From Octopus sinensis (Eukaryota), in NCBI RefSeq assembly GCF_006345805.1, contig NC_043014.1:25854001-25918000 (forward strand): 64,000 nt of DNA, in the 5' to 3' direction. The notes beneath the pieces are model-generated. The model was not told the origin of the DNA and searched no databases. It saw nothing but the letters and a program-made list of their open reading frames with translations. Below, in pieces: positions 1-12,333 of the stretch. The position numbers and the translations under genes are program-made. Position 1 is the first letter of the stretch; every line of letters begins with the position of its first letter.

Positions 1-84
1 ACACACACACATTCTTTGCTTTGTCCTGTACTGTCCATAATGTTTTTTTCTTAATGTAAACCCTTACGGTTAATAAAGTAATCA

Positions 85-2715
85 CTATTCGTTTATTGGC
101 CACAAGGGCTTACATAAAATTACAATAAAACACATACAACATAAAAGACAAAAACAAGACGATACACAAGTCTATATTTAAGAGATGAGGAATTATGTAC
201 ATTATTTACATTTGGCGGATATTTGTCCTTATCTTATTTGTGGTGTCTGTGTGTTGTCTAAGGTATTTCACTAGGGCTATGTTGTCGGTGTCGATGGCTG
301 TGAGGCTGGTGGTGCTTGTGCTGTTTGTTTATGTCGGTGTTTGAGGTGGTAGTGCTGGTGTTGTTATTGCTGTTGGTTATTGCGTGTGTGTATTGCTGCA
401 GTTGGATATTTCCTCTCCTCTGCGCCTCCCCCTCTTTTATTCCACTGTCTTTTGTTTTCTGTTTTTGGGGGTAACAGTTTGCCACTCCCCCCTTCTCGAC
501 CTCAATGCTCGAACAGTCCAAGTTGTTTTGATTGGAAAGGGGGTTATTCTCTGGCTGCTCCTTTTTTTGGTGGTGTTCATATGTTGTTGTTGTTGGTGGT
601 GGTGGTACTCCGGCTGGCGTTGGTGGTACTCTGGTTGGCGTTGGTGGTACTCCGGCTGGTGTTGGTGGGACTCCGGCTGGTGTTGGTGTTACTCAGGTTG
701 GCGTTGGTGGTACTCCGGCTGGTGTTGGTGGAACTCCAGTTGGTGTTGGTGGTACTCCTGCTGGTGTTGGTGGTACTCTGGCTGGTGTTGGTGGTACTCT
801 GGCTGGTGTTGGTGGTACTCAGGTTGGTGTTGGTGGTACACCGGCTGGTGTTGGTGGTACTCAGGTTGGTGTTGGTGGTACTCCGCTGGTGTTGGTGGTA
901 CTCCAGTTGGTGTTGGTGGTACTCAGGTTGGTGTTGGTGGTACTCCGCTGGTGTTGGTGGTACTCCAGTTGGTGTTGGTGGTACTCCGGCTGGTGTTGGT
1001 GGTACTCAGGTTGGTGTTGGTGGTACTCCAGCTGGTGTTAGTGCTTCTCCAGCTGGTGTTGGTGGTACTCAGGTTGGTGTTGGTGGTACTCCGCTGGTGT
1101 TGGTGGTACTCCAGTTGGTGTTGGTGGTACTCCAGTTGGTGTTGGTGGTACTCCTGCTGGTGTTGGTGGTACTCTGGCTGGTGTTGGTGGTACTCAGGTT
1201 GGTGTTAGTGGTACTCCGCTGGTGTTGATGGTACTCCAGCTGGTGTTGGTGTTGGTGGTACTCCGGCTGGTGTTGGTGGTACTCCAGCTGGTGTTGGTGG
1301 TACTCCTGCTGGTGTTGGTGGTACTCCGGCTGGTGTTGGTGGTACTCCAGCTGGTGTTGGTGGTACTCAGGTTGGTGTTGGTGGTACTCCGGCTGGTGTT
1401 GGTGGTACTCCTGCTGGTGTTGGTGGTACTCAGGTTGGTGTTGGTGGTACTCCAGCTGGTGTTGGTGGTACTCAGGTTGGTGTTGGTGGTACTCCAGCTG
1501 GTGTTGGTGGTACTCCGGCTGGTGTTGGTGGTATTCCGGCTGGTGTTGGTTTTACTTCGGCTGGTGATTTTGGTTGTTCTCTGCTGCTGCACTGGAGCGG
1601 CCCTCGCTTCTGTTGACGCAGCTTTTTTTCATTTCTTTGTATTTGCGGCAGTCGACCTTGAGGTGCTGGTCGTCCCCACAAAAGTAGCACCTTGGACGCC
1701 TGCCCTTCACGACCACGTGCAGTACCGTGTCGTCTGGTAAATTTATGGCGTCAGGGATTGAATTTATGGCTTCTTGTTCAATTTGAACAAGAAGCTCTGA
1801 TCCCTGACCCATCCAGTTTTGTTGATGCAATTTATGTACCACCAGTATATTGGTGATGTCCTCTATATCATAGAGGACAGCTGCAACCAGCCAGCCTACA
1901 TTTACTTCGCGGGGCACCACCCCAATTTTAATTTTCGTCAAGCGCCGACCAAGGTATGTCAACACGAGCAGGAATTCGTCTGTTTGTAGGGGCACAGTGG
2001 AATGCTGTCTTGTTTCCTTCTCTTTAGTAAAACTCACTTCCACCGTGCCGAAGCGCTTTCCTCTTGTCACATAGGTTTTATTGGTCCAAATCACTCTGAC
2101 GGCCATTTCCATCAGTTGTTGGCTGGCTCGTTCTAACCTTTTCTTCTTGATGTTTAAAACTCTCTATATTACTGATTTTCGATCCGTCTCCTTTATTAAT
2201 TCCCGAGGAGTGTTAAGGAAGACATTATTTCCTTCCTTCCTTAACAACTCCTTTCAATTTGTAGTTCATTTTTTGTTAAATTCAACAACTCTTTTGTCTG
2301 CTTTGCTGCCGAGGCGAAACCGTTGCCGCTAGATTTGCTGTTCGTGTTTGTGGTGTTAGTGTCATTGTTTTTTGTTTTTCTTTCTTCCTCCTTCTCTTTT
2401 TCAGGAACATTTTCTTGGTTTTCTGTATTTTCTTTGTTGTTGCTGATGGTGGTGTTGCTGATGGTTGGCATCGCTGCTCGTGGTTGTGCTGTTTAGAGGG
2501 GGGAAATCTTGACTGTACTGGCCGTCAGAACAGCCACTGTCACTCCCCTCAACAAAAGAAGCCATCTTGTTCTTGTTTTTTTGTCAAACGAAAAACTAAT
2601 TTTTTTTTTAAATGGACAAAATTCGCCCTTAAAAGGGGGAAATTTTCAACAGAAAAAAATCCTCCTGCACACTAAAAGGGGTTCGGAAAACAAAAACCAA
2701 CAAACAAACGGTCAA
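85..2715 (-). mobile_element. ORF1-only (HAL1-like) L1/Tx1-derived element, degenerate
   Basis: Gag-like ORF 1552..2112 with CCHC knuckle CYFCGDDQHLKVDC, then a 21-bp repeat and C-terminal tail (258..521). No EN or RT. The 85-170 terminus resembles the Tx1 3' end at 8281-8375. Confidence 0.7.
598..1550. repeat. 21-bp minisatellite (ggtggtactccggctggtgtt)n with 20-bp variants
   Basis: Directly visible, roughly 45 units. Minus-strand frames read PTPAGVP, TTNTSRS or HQHQPEY. Confidence 0.95.
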
Positions 2716-2832
2716 TAAACTTAAAAAATAACAACAAATTTCAAACTGACGGAGCTCTGAAAAACATGTCTTACCTCGACGACAACAACAACAATAATAA
2801 TAACAATAACAATGAATAAATATATAACCTAC

Positions 2833-3104
2833 CAAATGTCATGCCCCATCCAGCAATTTTGCAGAGTCTTCCAGTTTTTAATGACTTGTCATCTTTGGGC
2901 AAACAAATTGGTTGTGTTCGACAATTGTAATTGAGAGGCTTGGAAAGCTTCAGTAGAGCAATGTCATTTTCGTTGGTGGGCGCCACATAACCAGGGTGAA
3001 TCACAATTTGGGAAACTGGCCACTCTTGTTCTGTTGTGTCTGTACAGTTAGAATGATGCTTTCCTGACGTCACAGTCCAGAGGCTAGCATTGCGCAGCTG
3101 AGCA
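2833..3104 (-). CDS. S1 serine protease exon with catalytic Asp (…IHPGY…NDIALLKL…QPICLP…CKIAGWG)
   Basis: Acceptor …atatatggtcag (phase 2, matches previous donor), donor tttg|gtaggt. 272 nt. DIALL, PICLP and GWG motifs. Confidence 0.93.
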
Positions 3105-3480
3105 CTGACCATATATTGAAAGGAAAAGCATAAAATAAATAACAGCATCAACAACAGCAGCATTACGACGACAACGACGACGGCGATGGTTACGACAAGA
3201 CTGATGATAATGATGGTGGTGGTGGTGGTAGCAGTGACTTCTAAAGTAAAAATAAGGTTGCAAATTGTGTGGAGGAGGCAGGTTCGTTTAAATCAACCTC
3301 AGTACACGACTGGTACTTTATTACTATTGTGGTGATAAATCAATTTGGTATAAAAGATACTGACATCTATTACTATATTAATCTCCCTCCTGAAGTATGA
3401 GGTGCATGTAGAGAGGTTTTCTTTATCGAAACCTAGTGTGACTAATATAGCAACCATCCTATTTAGTGTTCCATAATAAC

Positions 3481-3482
3481 GA

Positions 3483-3576
<94 letters not shown>

Positions 3577-3607
3577 ACTACTACTACGACTACACCTGCT
3601 GCTGCTG

Positions 3608-3655
<48 letters not shown>

Positions 3656-3720
3656 TAACTACTGTTGCTGCTGCTGCTACTACTGATAATAATAAAAACA
3701 ACAACAATAATAATAATAGT
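3481..3720. repeat. Compound (CTA)/(CTG)/(AAT) microsatellite
   Basis: Direct inspection. Confidence 0.95.
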
Positions 3721-4426
3721 ACTCCACTCCTTTTCTGTTTGGCACTGACACCTTTATCTGACATGCTATCAGCCACCTTTTATATATGGATGACCTAAAA
3801 CTATACGCTACAAACGATAAACAGTTAGAAACACTAGTACAGACAGTACATGGGTTTACCAAAGAAATAGATATGAAATTTGGATTAGAAAAATGTGCCA
3901 AAGCAACCCTGAAAAGAGGAAAACTAGTTAAGAGTAGCAACATCACACTAGATAAAGCCAATGAAATAAGAGAATTAGACTAAAGCCAGACATACAAATA
4001 TTTTGGAATCAATGAACTAGATACGATACAACACACACAAATGAAAGAGAAAATAAAGGAAGAATACTATAGACGAGTGAGATCAATATCAAAAACAGAG
4101 CTCAATGCTAAAAACAAGATAATAGGTATTATCACTTTAGCATTCCCAGTTACGTGGAGACCCCACGAAAAATCCACAAGCGTTACGACTACTAGGGCAA
4201 CAGCCCTCTCCCCATCTTCCTCTCTCAGTCTTGGAAACTCAATGCCGCATGGTCAAAGAACGCCCGTTGACACAGAAATGTAAAAATCTTTAGATACAAC
4301 AATATTATCTGTAAAAATTAAACAAAAGTTTACAGCTCACAAACACTTGTCCTTCCTCTTTGAAATCCACGAACAGAGTCCAGTAGTGATTATGATGATG
4401 ATGATGATGATAATAATAATAATAAC

Positions 4427-4495
<69 letters not shown>

Positions 4496-5656
4496 CTCTG
4501 AGGACTGGATGTTAAAACTTGTCTCAAAACATGAAAACAAGAAAGCATCATACTCAGTCACAAAACAGGCAAAGGAATATCTAAGTGAATTCCGAATACA
4601 ACCAATTTCGGAATTAGAGATAGACATACAAGAAACAAGCACAGAAAAAGCTAGGCGCATGAAAACCCGTGCCAAAACTGCGGCCTGAATAATAAATGGC
4701 AAGAAAAACCTCTCTATGGCAAATACCCAAAGAGAGCGAATAATGCAGATATCGACAAAGCCCTGACCCATCAATGGCTAATGGCCTCTGGCTTAAAATC
4801 TGAAACAGAGGTGTTTATCATAGCAGCTCAAGATCAATGCCTACCAACAAGAAACTACCAAGCCAACATATTAAAGAACGGCAGTAGCCCAACATGTCCT
4901 GTATGCCGACAACATACATTGATCATGTTGTCTCCAAATGCAGTCTTCTAGCGCATACAGAGTACCTCAGTAGGCATGATAGAGCAGCACAATATATTCA
5001 CTGGGTAATTTGCAAAAACCTGGATTTGCCCCATGAAAAAAACTGGTGGGAACACAATCCACCTCCTCTGGAACTTCACCATTCAAACTGACAGGAAGAT
5101 AGATGCAAATAGGCCAGATATCATATTGAAAGACTTCAGACAAAGAACATGCCTCCTCATTGATATGACTGTCCCAATCGATATAAACGTATCTGTCAAG
5201 ACCTAACAAAAAACTGAGCAAATATAAAGATCTTGAAATAGAAATCAGCAAAATGTGGAACCTGAAGACTAAAACAATACCTGTTGTCATAGGTGCCCTG
5301 GGAATGATAGCAAAAGGGGCAGATAGGTACCTAACTCAGATACCAGAAAACCCCAAAATGACAGAAATTCAAAAGATAGTGCTCATGGGAACTGCTCATA
5401 TCCTACGCAAAATACTTTCTATGTAATCTCAAGGTTTAAAACAAACATAATTTTCGGTTTAAAAAAAAACAAAAAAAGACAACTTTTTTTTAGACATTCA
5501 TTAGTACAACACCCCACCCCCCAAATATATGGCACACTAGGCATAACAACAACATGAACTTCCAACCCTGTTGTCTCTTGAGGTCTCTGGGTGAGACTTG
5601 GAGCCAACTTGTACAAATATAAAGCAAAAGTCAAACATAGAATAATAATAATAATA

Positions 5657-5687
<31 letters not shown>

Positions 5688-5705
5688 AAGTAATAATAAT
5701 AATAA
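3720..5705 (+). mobile_element. 5'-truncated R4/Dong-like (restriction-like endonuclease) non-LTR retrotransposon, pseudogenised, with (AAT)n tail
   Basis: PLLFCLALTPL…YMDDLKLYA RT motif. CCHC-like region …HVVSKC, PDII…CLLIDMTVP REL motif. Frameshifts, and an internal microsatellite at 4385-4493. Confidence 0.85.
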
Positions 5706-5707
5706 TA

Positions 5708-6408
5708 GATGCAGTACCAGGCAGTGGCTCTCATGGCTTCTGATCTTAACTGATTGGAAGTGTTATCATGTACATTGTTTTGTCTTGGTATAAAAGATGG
5801 GCTACAGCAAATATTCTGCTCAATACCACAGATTTGCTTGTCAGTTGTTTGACCTTAACCAGTTGAGCATGTCCCTTAGTGGCTGACGATATGTGCATCT
5901 CTGATCACGAGCAGAAGTAGTGGGGGAGCATCATAGCCATGTGTTGAGAGGGATTCTTTGGGGTTTGAATAGTTCACCTCTGGAAACATGGGTGGTTCTT
6001 TCAACATCCTTAAACAACCCTTATTCAGGGACCGTTTGAGCGGATGGGCTACTCAACCTGAAGAAAATTCTAACTGGGCCCCACCTGCAAGGTCATGTGC
6101 TGTTTATCTTGATATGAGATCACCATGTGGCGCACATATGGTTGTGATGCATGTGCCTGGTGTACCTTTATCAGACGGGTAGTCATGATGGGTATATTGG
6201 GCTTCGTATATTTTACCCCAGTGTCACTTTGATGGCATGAACTGCTCTCTCACTCAATAATAATAATAATAGTAGTAGTAGTAGTAGTAGTAGTAGTAAT
6301 AGAAATAGTAATAGTAATAATAATAATAAAATAATAATAATAATAATGACGACGACGACGACGACGACGATGACGATGACGATGATGATGAAGATGATGA
6401 TGATAATG

Positions 6409-6458
<50 letters not shown>

Positions 6459-7551
6459 CAGGCAGTGGCTCTCATGGCTTCTGATCTTAACTGATTGGAA
6501 GTGTTATCACGTACATTGTTTTGTCTTGGTATAAAAGATGGGCTACAGCAAATATTCTGCTCAATACCACAGATTTGCTTGTCAGTTGTTTGACCTTAAC
6601 CAGTTGAGCATGTCCCTTATTAGTGGCTGACGATATGTGCATCTCTTATCACGAGCAGAAGTAGTGGGGAAGCATTATAGCTATGTGTTGAGAGGGATTC
6701 TTTGGGGTTTGAATAGTTCACCTCTGGAAACATGGGTGGTTCTTTCAACATCCTTAAACAACCCTTATTCAGGGACCGTTTGAGCAGGATGGGCTACTCA
6801 ACCTGAAGAAAATTCTAACTGGGCCCCACCTGCAAGGTCATGTGCTGTTTATCTTGATATGAGATCACCATGTGGCGCACATATGGTTGTGATGCATGTG
6901 CCTGGTGTACCTTTATCAGACGGGTAGTCATGATGGGTATATTGGGCTTCGTATATTTTACCCCAGTGTCACTTTGATGGCATGAACTGCTCTCTCACTC
7001 AATAATAATAATAATAATAATAATAGGCTCTCATGGCTTCTGATCTCAACTGATTGGAAGTGTTATCATGTACATTGTTTTGTCTTGGTATAAAATATGG
7101 GCTACAGCAAATATTCTGCTCAACACAACAGATTTGCTTGTCAGTTGTTTTACCTTAACCAGTTGAGCATGTCCCTTAGTGGCTGACGATATGTGCATCT
7201 CTGATCACGAGCAGAAGTAGTGGGGTAGCATCATAGCCGTGTGTTGAAAGAAATTCTTGGTGGTTTGGATAATTCACCTTTGGAAACATGGGTGTTTCGT
7301 TCAACATCATTAAATCCTTATTCAGGTATATTTGAGTGGGATGGGCTACTCGACCTGAAGAAAATTCTAATCGGCTCCATCTGCAAGGTCATGCGCTGTT
7401 TATCGTGATATGAGATCACCATTTCGCGCACATATGGTTGTGATGCATGTGCCTGGTGTATCCTTATCAGACGGGTTGTCATGATGGGTATACTGGGCTT
7501 CGTATATTTTACCCCAGTGTCGCTTTGATAGCATGCACTGCTCTCTCACTC
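5708..7551. repeat. Three tandem ~545-bp copies (5708-6255, 6457-7000, 7026-7551) separated by (AAT)n-type runs
   Basis: Near-identical blocks ending ctctctcactc(AAT)n. Copy 3 is more diverged. Confidence 0.92.
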
Positions 7552-7582
<31 letters not shown>

Positions 7583-8155
7583 TTAAGAAGAAGAAGAAAC
7601 AGAAGAAAAAGAAGAAGAAGAAGAAGAAGAAGAAGAAGAAGAAGAAGAAGAAGAAGAAGAAGAAGAAGAAGAAGAAGAAGAAGACCAATTAAGAGGGGAA
7701 GAAGGTAACACATAGATTCATACAGGATTAATACATTTTATGATTAAGATCTATATTAAGATAAACTATGATGAGGATATAAATTAAGACGGATAATATC
7801 AAAATATAGATTAAAACATGGTTATATACAGTGTGAACTTTCATATGATAACTATAGACCAGTGTATCCATACACTTTGTAAAACATTATTGATATACTT
7901 TATCACAGTTACATTATATATATATATATATACGCACACACACAAATACATACGTATACACACATGTGTGTGTGCGTGTGTGTATATGTGTGAGCGTGTG
8001 TGAGCGTGTGTGTGTGTGTATGTGTGAGCGTGTGTGTGTGTGTGTGTGTGATGTGCTTGTGTGTGTATAGATAATGTAGAGAGCAGAAAAGTGTATCAAG
8101 TAAGTTGAGGTGAATCGATGCATGGAGTTAATTTCAAGAAACCAAGTTGTCTTAC

Positions 8156-8244
8156 AAGTCAAAGCAATGTGCTGCTGTCAATACCCAGTCGTTGTTGAGG
8201 ATTGTTCCTGCGCACAGCCGGACACCGCTCGCAAGGAGCATCAC
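8156..8244 (-). CDS. S1 serine protease exon with catalytic His (VMLLASGVRLCAGTILNNDWVLTAAHCFD)
   Basis: Acceptor ctctttttctgtaaag, donor tt|gtaag. 89 nt, phase 0 to phase 2. TAAHC motif. Confidence 0.95.
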
Positions 8245-8280
8245 CTTTACAGAAAAAGAGAAAAGAAATAAGATTAAGGA

Positions 8281-9240
8281 TAATAATTAATTCGATTATT
8301 GGCCACAAGGGTTTACATAAAATTACATTAAGACACAACAACATAAAAGACAATAACAGGACGATACAATGGGTTTTATAACGTGTAAACAGTATATATA
8401 TAACGATTAAGTATTAAACAATTTAAAACTCTCAATAGGAGAAGCACATTAAGGACCTCGTGAAAAACCCCACAAAAGTCACGGGTGTCTGAACAACAGG
8501 GCAAGAGCCCTTTTCCTTTTCTTTACAGGTGTATGCTCAGAATTGGTCCTTTCTCACTGGCTATTCTTCCAACATTCATCCACCTTTAAACAAACTTGCT
8601 AGAAGGCAACACTTCCTTCTCCACCCTCAACTTCCTTTTCAAGTGAAACTTGAAAATGTTGATGAGGGCTTGGCCAAAGAGGAAAGTGTCTGTCTTTCGC
8701 ACTTTCAAACGGGTCCAACACGCTACTTCTTTCGCTACAGCCACTAGACAAATAAAAATTGCCTTCCCCTCCGACCAAAAGAGAGCGGCGGGGCAATCTT
8801 CACCATGGATTCAGCTGATAGCCGGATTCGTCCCACACGCGACAGCAGGTGTTCGACATAAACCCATAGGTCAGCAATACTCGGGCACTGGACGAGGGCG
8901 TGCAGAACAGTTTCATCGTTCTGGGCGCACCTCCGACAGGCCCGGCTGACGGCACATCCGTGCCTGTAAAGTTTATCTCGAACAGGCAGCGCCTCTCGGT
9001 AGCACTGCCAGGCAAGGGATTTCTGGAAGTTGTCCATAGGTCCAGGCCCGAAAGTTCTCCGAAAAAGACTGTTTAGTTGATCTTCATCGGCGCCCAGAGT
9101 TTTCCCGAGAACTCGTCGCACATTCCCTCCACTAGCCCTTTATAGAACTAACACCTACCGCATTTCCCGCCTGGCAGAGGGCTGTGAGCGCTTGACGGCT
9201 TTCGAGGTGCCAAGCGCCCTTCCTCGGTCTACGCCTAATC
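8281..9240 (-). mobile_element. Tx1/L1-clade LINE 3' fragment (C-terminal zinc finger of ORF2 and 3' UTR)
   Basis: ORF 8744..9121 …ACRRCAQNDETVLHALVQC. 3' end ccttgtggccaataa. Confidence 0.85.
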
Positions 9241-9525
9241 CATGATTGCAACTCAGAAGGTAAGTTGTTGATCCTAGATGTGAACAGCAGTAATTACGGT
9301 GCTTTCAGACTGGTGGCTGCCTACGCTCCGACAGGGGCAGGGCGGTCTGATTACTTCAAGCGTCTGGAGGTTTTCCTGAGAACGTCTCGAACTTTGTATT
9401 AGTAGGGGATTGGAACGCTGTCTTAGATGGACGTTTCGATTGCGTAGGAGTATATGATAGGAGAGTGGGGTGGAAAAGCCTCAAAAACCTGCTCACACGT
9501 TTTCAGTTGTGTGACAGATACTGGC
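9240..9525 (+). mobile_element. Tx1/L1 APE-endonuclease fragment, inverted relative to the adjacent 3' fragment
   Basis: Hand translation EGKLLILDV…FRLVAAYAPT…VLVGDWNAVLD…LKNLLTRFQLCDRY, with frameshifts. Confidence 0.75.
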
Positions 9526-10750
9526 ATATCTCTTCTACCTCTATTTACTCTCACTATATTGCAGACTTCCCCTCCCTCTCCCCACCCTGTATTTTCTATT
9601 GTTCTTCCTCTATCTCTATGTTCACATTCCCTAAGCTGCTTACATCCTCTTCCTCCCAGCTACTTACTCCATTTCATCCCCTTCTCTGCTTCAAGCTTTA
9701 AATCTCTAGCACTACTATATGAGCTGCTCTTGACAATTTTTCGCATGATATAGGAAGCCAGATTTGTGATATCTGTATGCCACCATTTTCTAGTTGTATA
9801 TCCATGACTTTTTGTACATTCCATCTGCTAATTAGGAATATTACGACTATTACATAATTTCGAGCTCTCAGAAGCAACTGTCGAGTTAAAAGAACTAGTA
9901 ATCTTTTATTTTTTATGCTCTATGTAAATATATTTGCCTACATATATATAAATGTGTATATGCATGTATATATGCATTTATTTTCTGAATATATTCAAGG
10001 CGGTACCCCAGAATAGCCGCAGTCTAATGACTGATACAAGTAAAAGATATGTAATATAAAAAACAGAACAAAAACGAACAAAAACAAAAAAGCACTACTA
10101 GTCAAAACGGCGTACACAGTAAATATATTAGACTGACGCTCAGCGAAAGATTACGATGAAAAATACAGGAGGCATGACGTTTCGAGCGTCACACACACAC
10201 ACACACGCATACAGGCACGCACGCACATACGCACGCGCGCACACACACAGCGGCACACATATCTATATTATATTTTTCATCCATGTACCGACAGACATGT
10301 TTTTCTCAGACTATTCTTTCCTTCTCTCGGGATATTTCTCTCTTTCTTGTTTTTGACGAAGAATCATGCTCGAAACGTTATTCCATTTCCCCACTCTACT
10401 TTGCATCTTGAACTTCATTCTAATATATTCTCTGTGTACGTTCATTTGATTATTAGTGTTTTTTCCTGTTTTTGTTTTTATTTTTCATTTGCCTACACAC
10501 ACATACACATACTTATAATTTCTTTATTCTTTTATTCTTATACTTTGTCATTCATTTGACTGTATCCATGCCGAAGCACCATCTTTTAGTCGAAGAAATC
10601 GACCCCAGGACTTATTCTTTACAAGCCTGGTACTTATTCAATTGGACCCATTTTGCCGAACCACTAGATTACGGGGACGCAAACACACCAACATTGATTG
10701 TCAAATGATGATGTGTGTGTGGGGAGGACAAACACAGACACAGAGACACA

Positions 10751-10811
<61 letters not shown>

Positions 10812-10999
10812 GGAAAAAAGCAACAAGAATGGATTAAAATCTCGGTACAATTGTTTCGTACGAGGACATCTTTAATAAGCTACAAAAAAATGCAGTAAAT
10901 ACAGATGGCTCGTACTTGTCAGCCGAAAAAACATCAGAGAATTCCCAAACATCAAAAGGGGTAGATACAAAAGAGGGTGTAAGATTAACTGCATTGAAG

Positions 11000-11455
11000 A
11001 AAGTTCGATTCCTGGAGGTCCGATGAAAGGTCTTAAACTTACAGAATTTGTGCATGTCTATATATAGCTCATATTGAATTGCTAATCAAGTTGTGTGAAG
11101 AAATTTCGGATACAGTCATGCGAAATTTCTGAAAATCCGAGTAAGAAGCAAAGTGACTGTCATATCGTGTAGAGGAAAATCTGAGTAAGAAGCAAAGTGA
11201 CTGTCATATCGGGTAGAGGAACTGATTGTTATTGAAATTTACAAGAATCGCAGATAAGTTCGATTCTTGGAGATCCGATGAAAAGTCTTGAACTTACAGA
11301 ATATGTGCATGTCCTTATAGTTCATAATCCAGTTATGTGAAGAAATTTTTGGTTACAATCATGCGAAAATATCAGGGAATCCGAATGAGAAGCAAAATGA
11401 CAGTCTTATTCTGTAGAGGGGCAGATTGTTATTGAAATTTACAAGAATCACAGAG
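11000..11455. repeat. Diverged ~255-bp tandem duplication with an internal ~40-bp duplication
   Basis: aagttcgattc…gaaatttacaagaatc is repeated. gagtaagaagcaaagtgactgtcatatcg occurs twice. Confidence 0.8.
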
Positions 11456-11878
11456 GGAGGAGGAAGGAAGTAGAATTTAATCAGTTACTGCTATTAATGC
11501 TATCAAAGAGAAGGGAACGGGAAGCTAAGGGGATGGACACAAGTTGATACTATAAGAAAATCTAAGCTTGTTTAGTGCAAAATTCGAACTGAGGTCAACA
11601 ATTTATTTCTTTATTTATAAATGTTACTATTAATAGATTGTCAGGTTACAATGAGAGGTCATTAGAAAGGAAAGAAAAAAGGGGTTGTTTTTTAATGAAA
11701 CCAAACAATTATATTATTATTATACTATATTATATTATATTATATTATATTATATTATAATACATTACAATAGGTTTGGGATTAGCAGAATTAATTATTA
11801 GTGTAAAAGAAACTAAGAGATTTAACTAACTAATTTTTATATATGGGTTAAAGTGAAAATATATAAATTTAAATATAT

Positions 11879-11911
<33 letters not shown>

Positions 11912-11953
11912 AATTTATATAAATTTATAAATATAAATTTAAATATATATATG

Positions 11954-12036
<83 letters not shown>

Positions 12037-12333
12037 ATATATATATATATATATATAAATATACACACGAGGCTATAGTAGAAGAAGCCACTTACCAAAG
12101 GTGCCAATTGAAGATAGAACAATGAAGTCTAATAATATTTCATTGCTTACTTTATGCCAGAAAGACTTCGTTCTTCACTCTCAGAGATGGGTAAAATAAG
12201 TGCAAGGTACTGCCATCGAAATACTCGTTTAAAACCCTTGAAGAAATTTACTGTACCAGTAAAGAAAGTTAAAGAAAGCAAGGAAAGAAAGCAAAGGTAG
12301 CAAAGAAAATCAACGATAAAATAACAGACGTAC

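Noticed and set aside
380-1740. Long hydrophobic or Trp/Cys-rich plus-strand ORFs (LVLVV…, WCWWYS…)
   Set aside because: These are antisense readings of the 21-bp minisatellite, not membrane proteins.
1-2832. Protease exon with GDSGGP
   Set aside because: Not found. The interval is occupied by the ORF1-only element, so catalytic competence cannot be judged.
598-7551. CRISPR-like appearance of the 21-bp repeat and the 545-bp array
   Set aside because: There are no unique spacers of regular length and no cas genes, and the context is eukaryotic.
10075-10480. Inverted LTR-like remnants with ttgacga…ctcgaaacgtt as an active hammerhead
   Set aside because: The core C is missing and the stems are broken. 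It is treated as decayed Penelope LTR debris.
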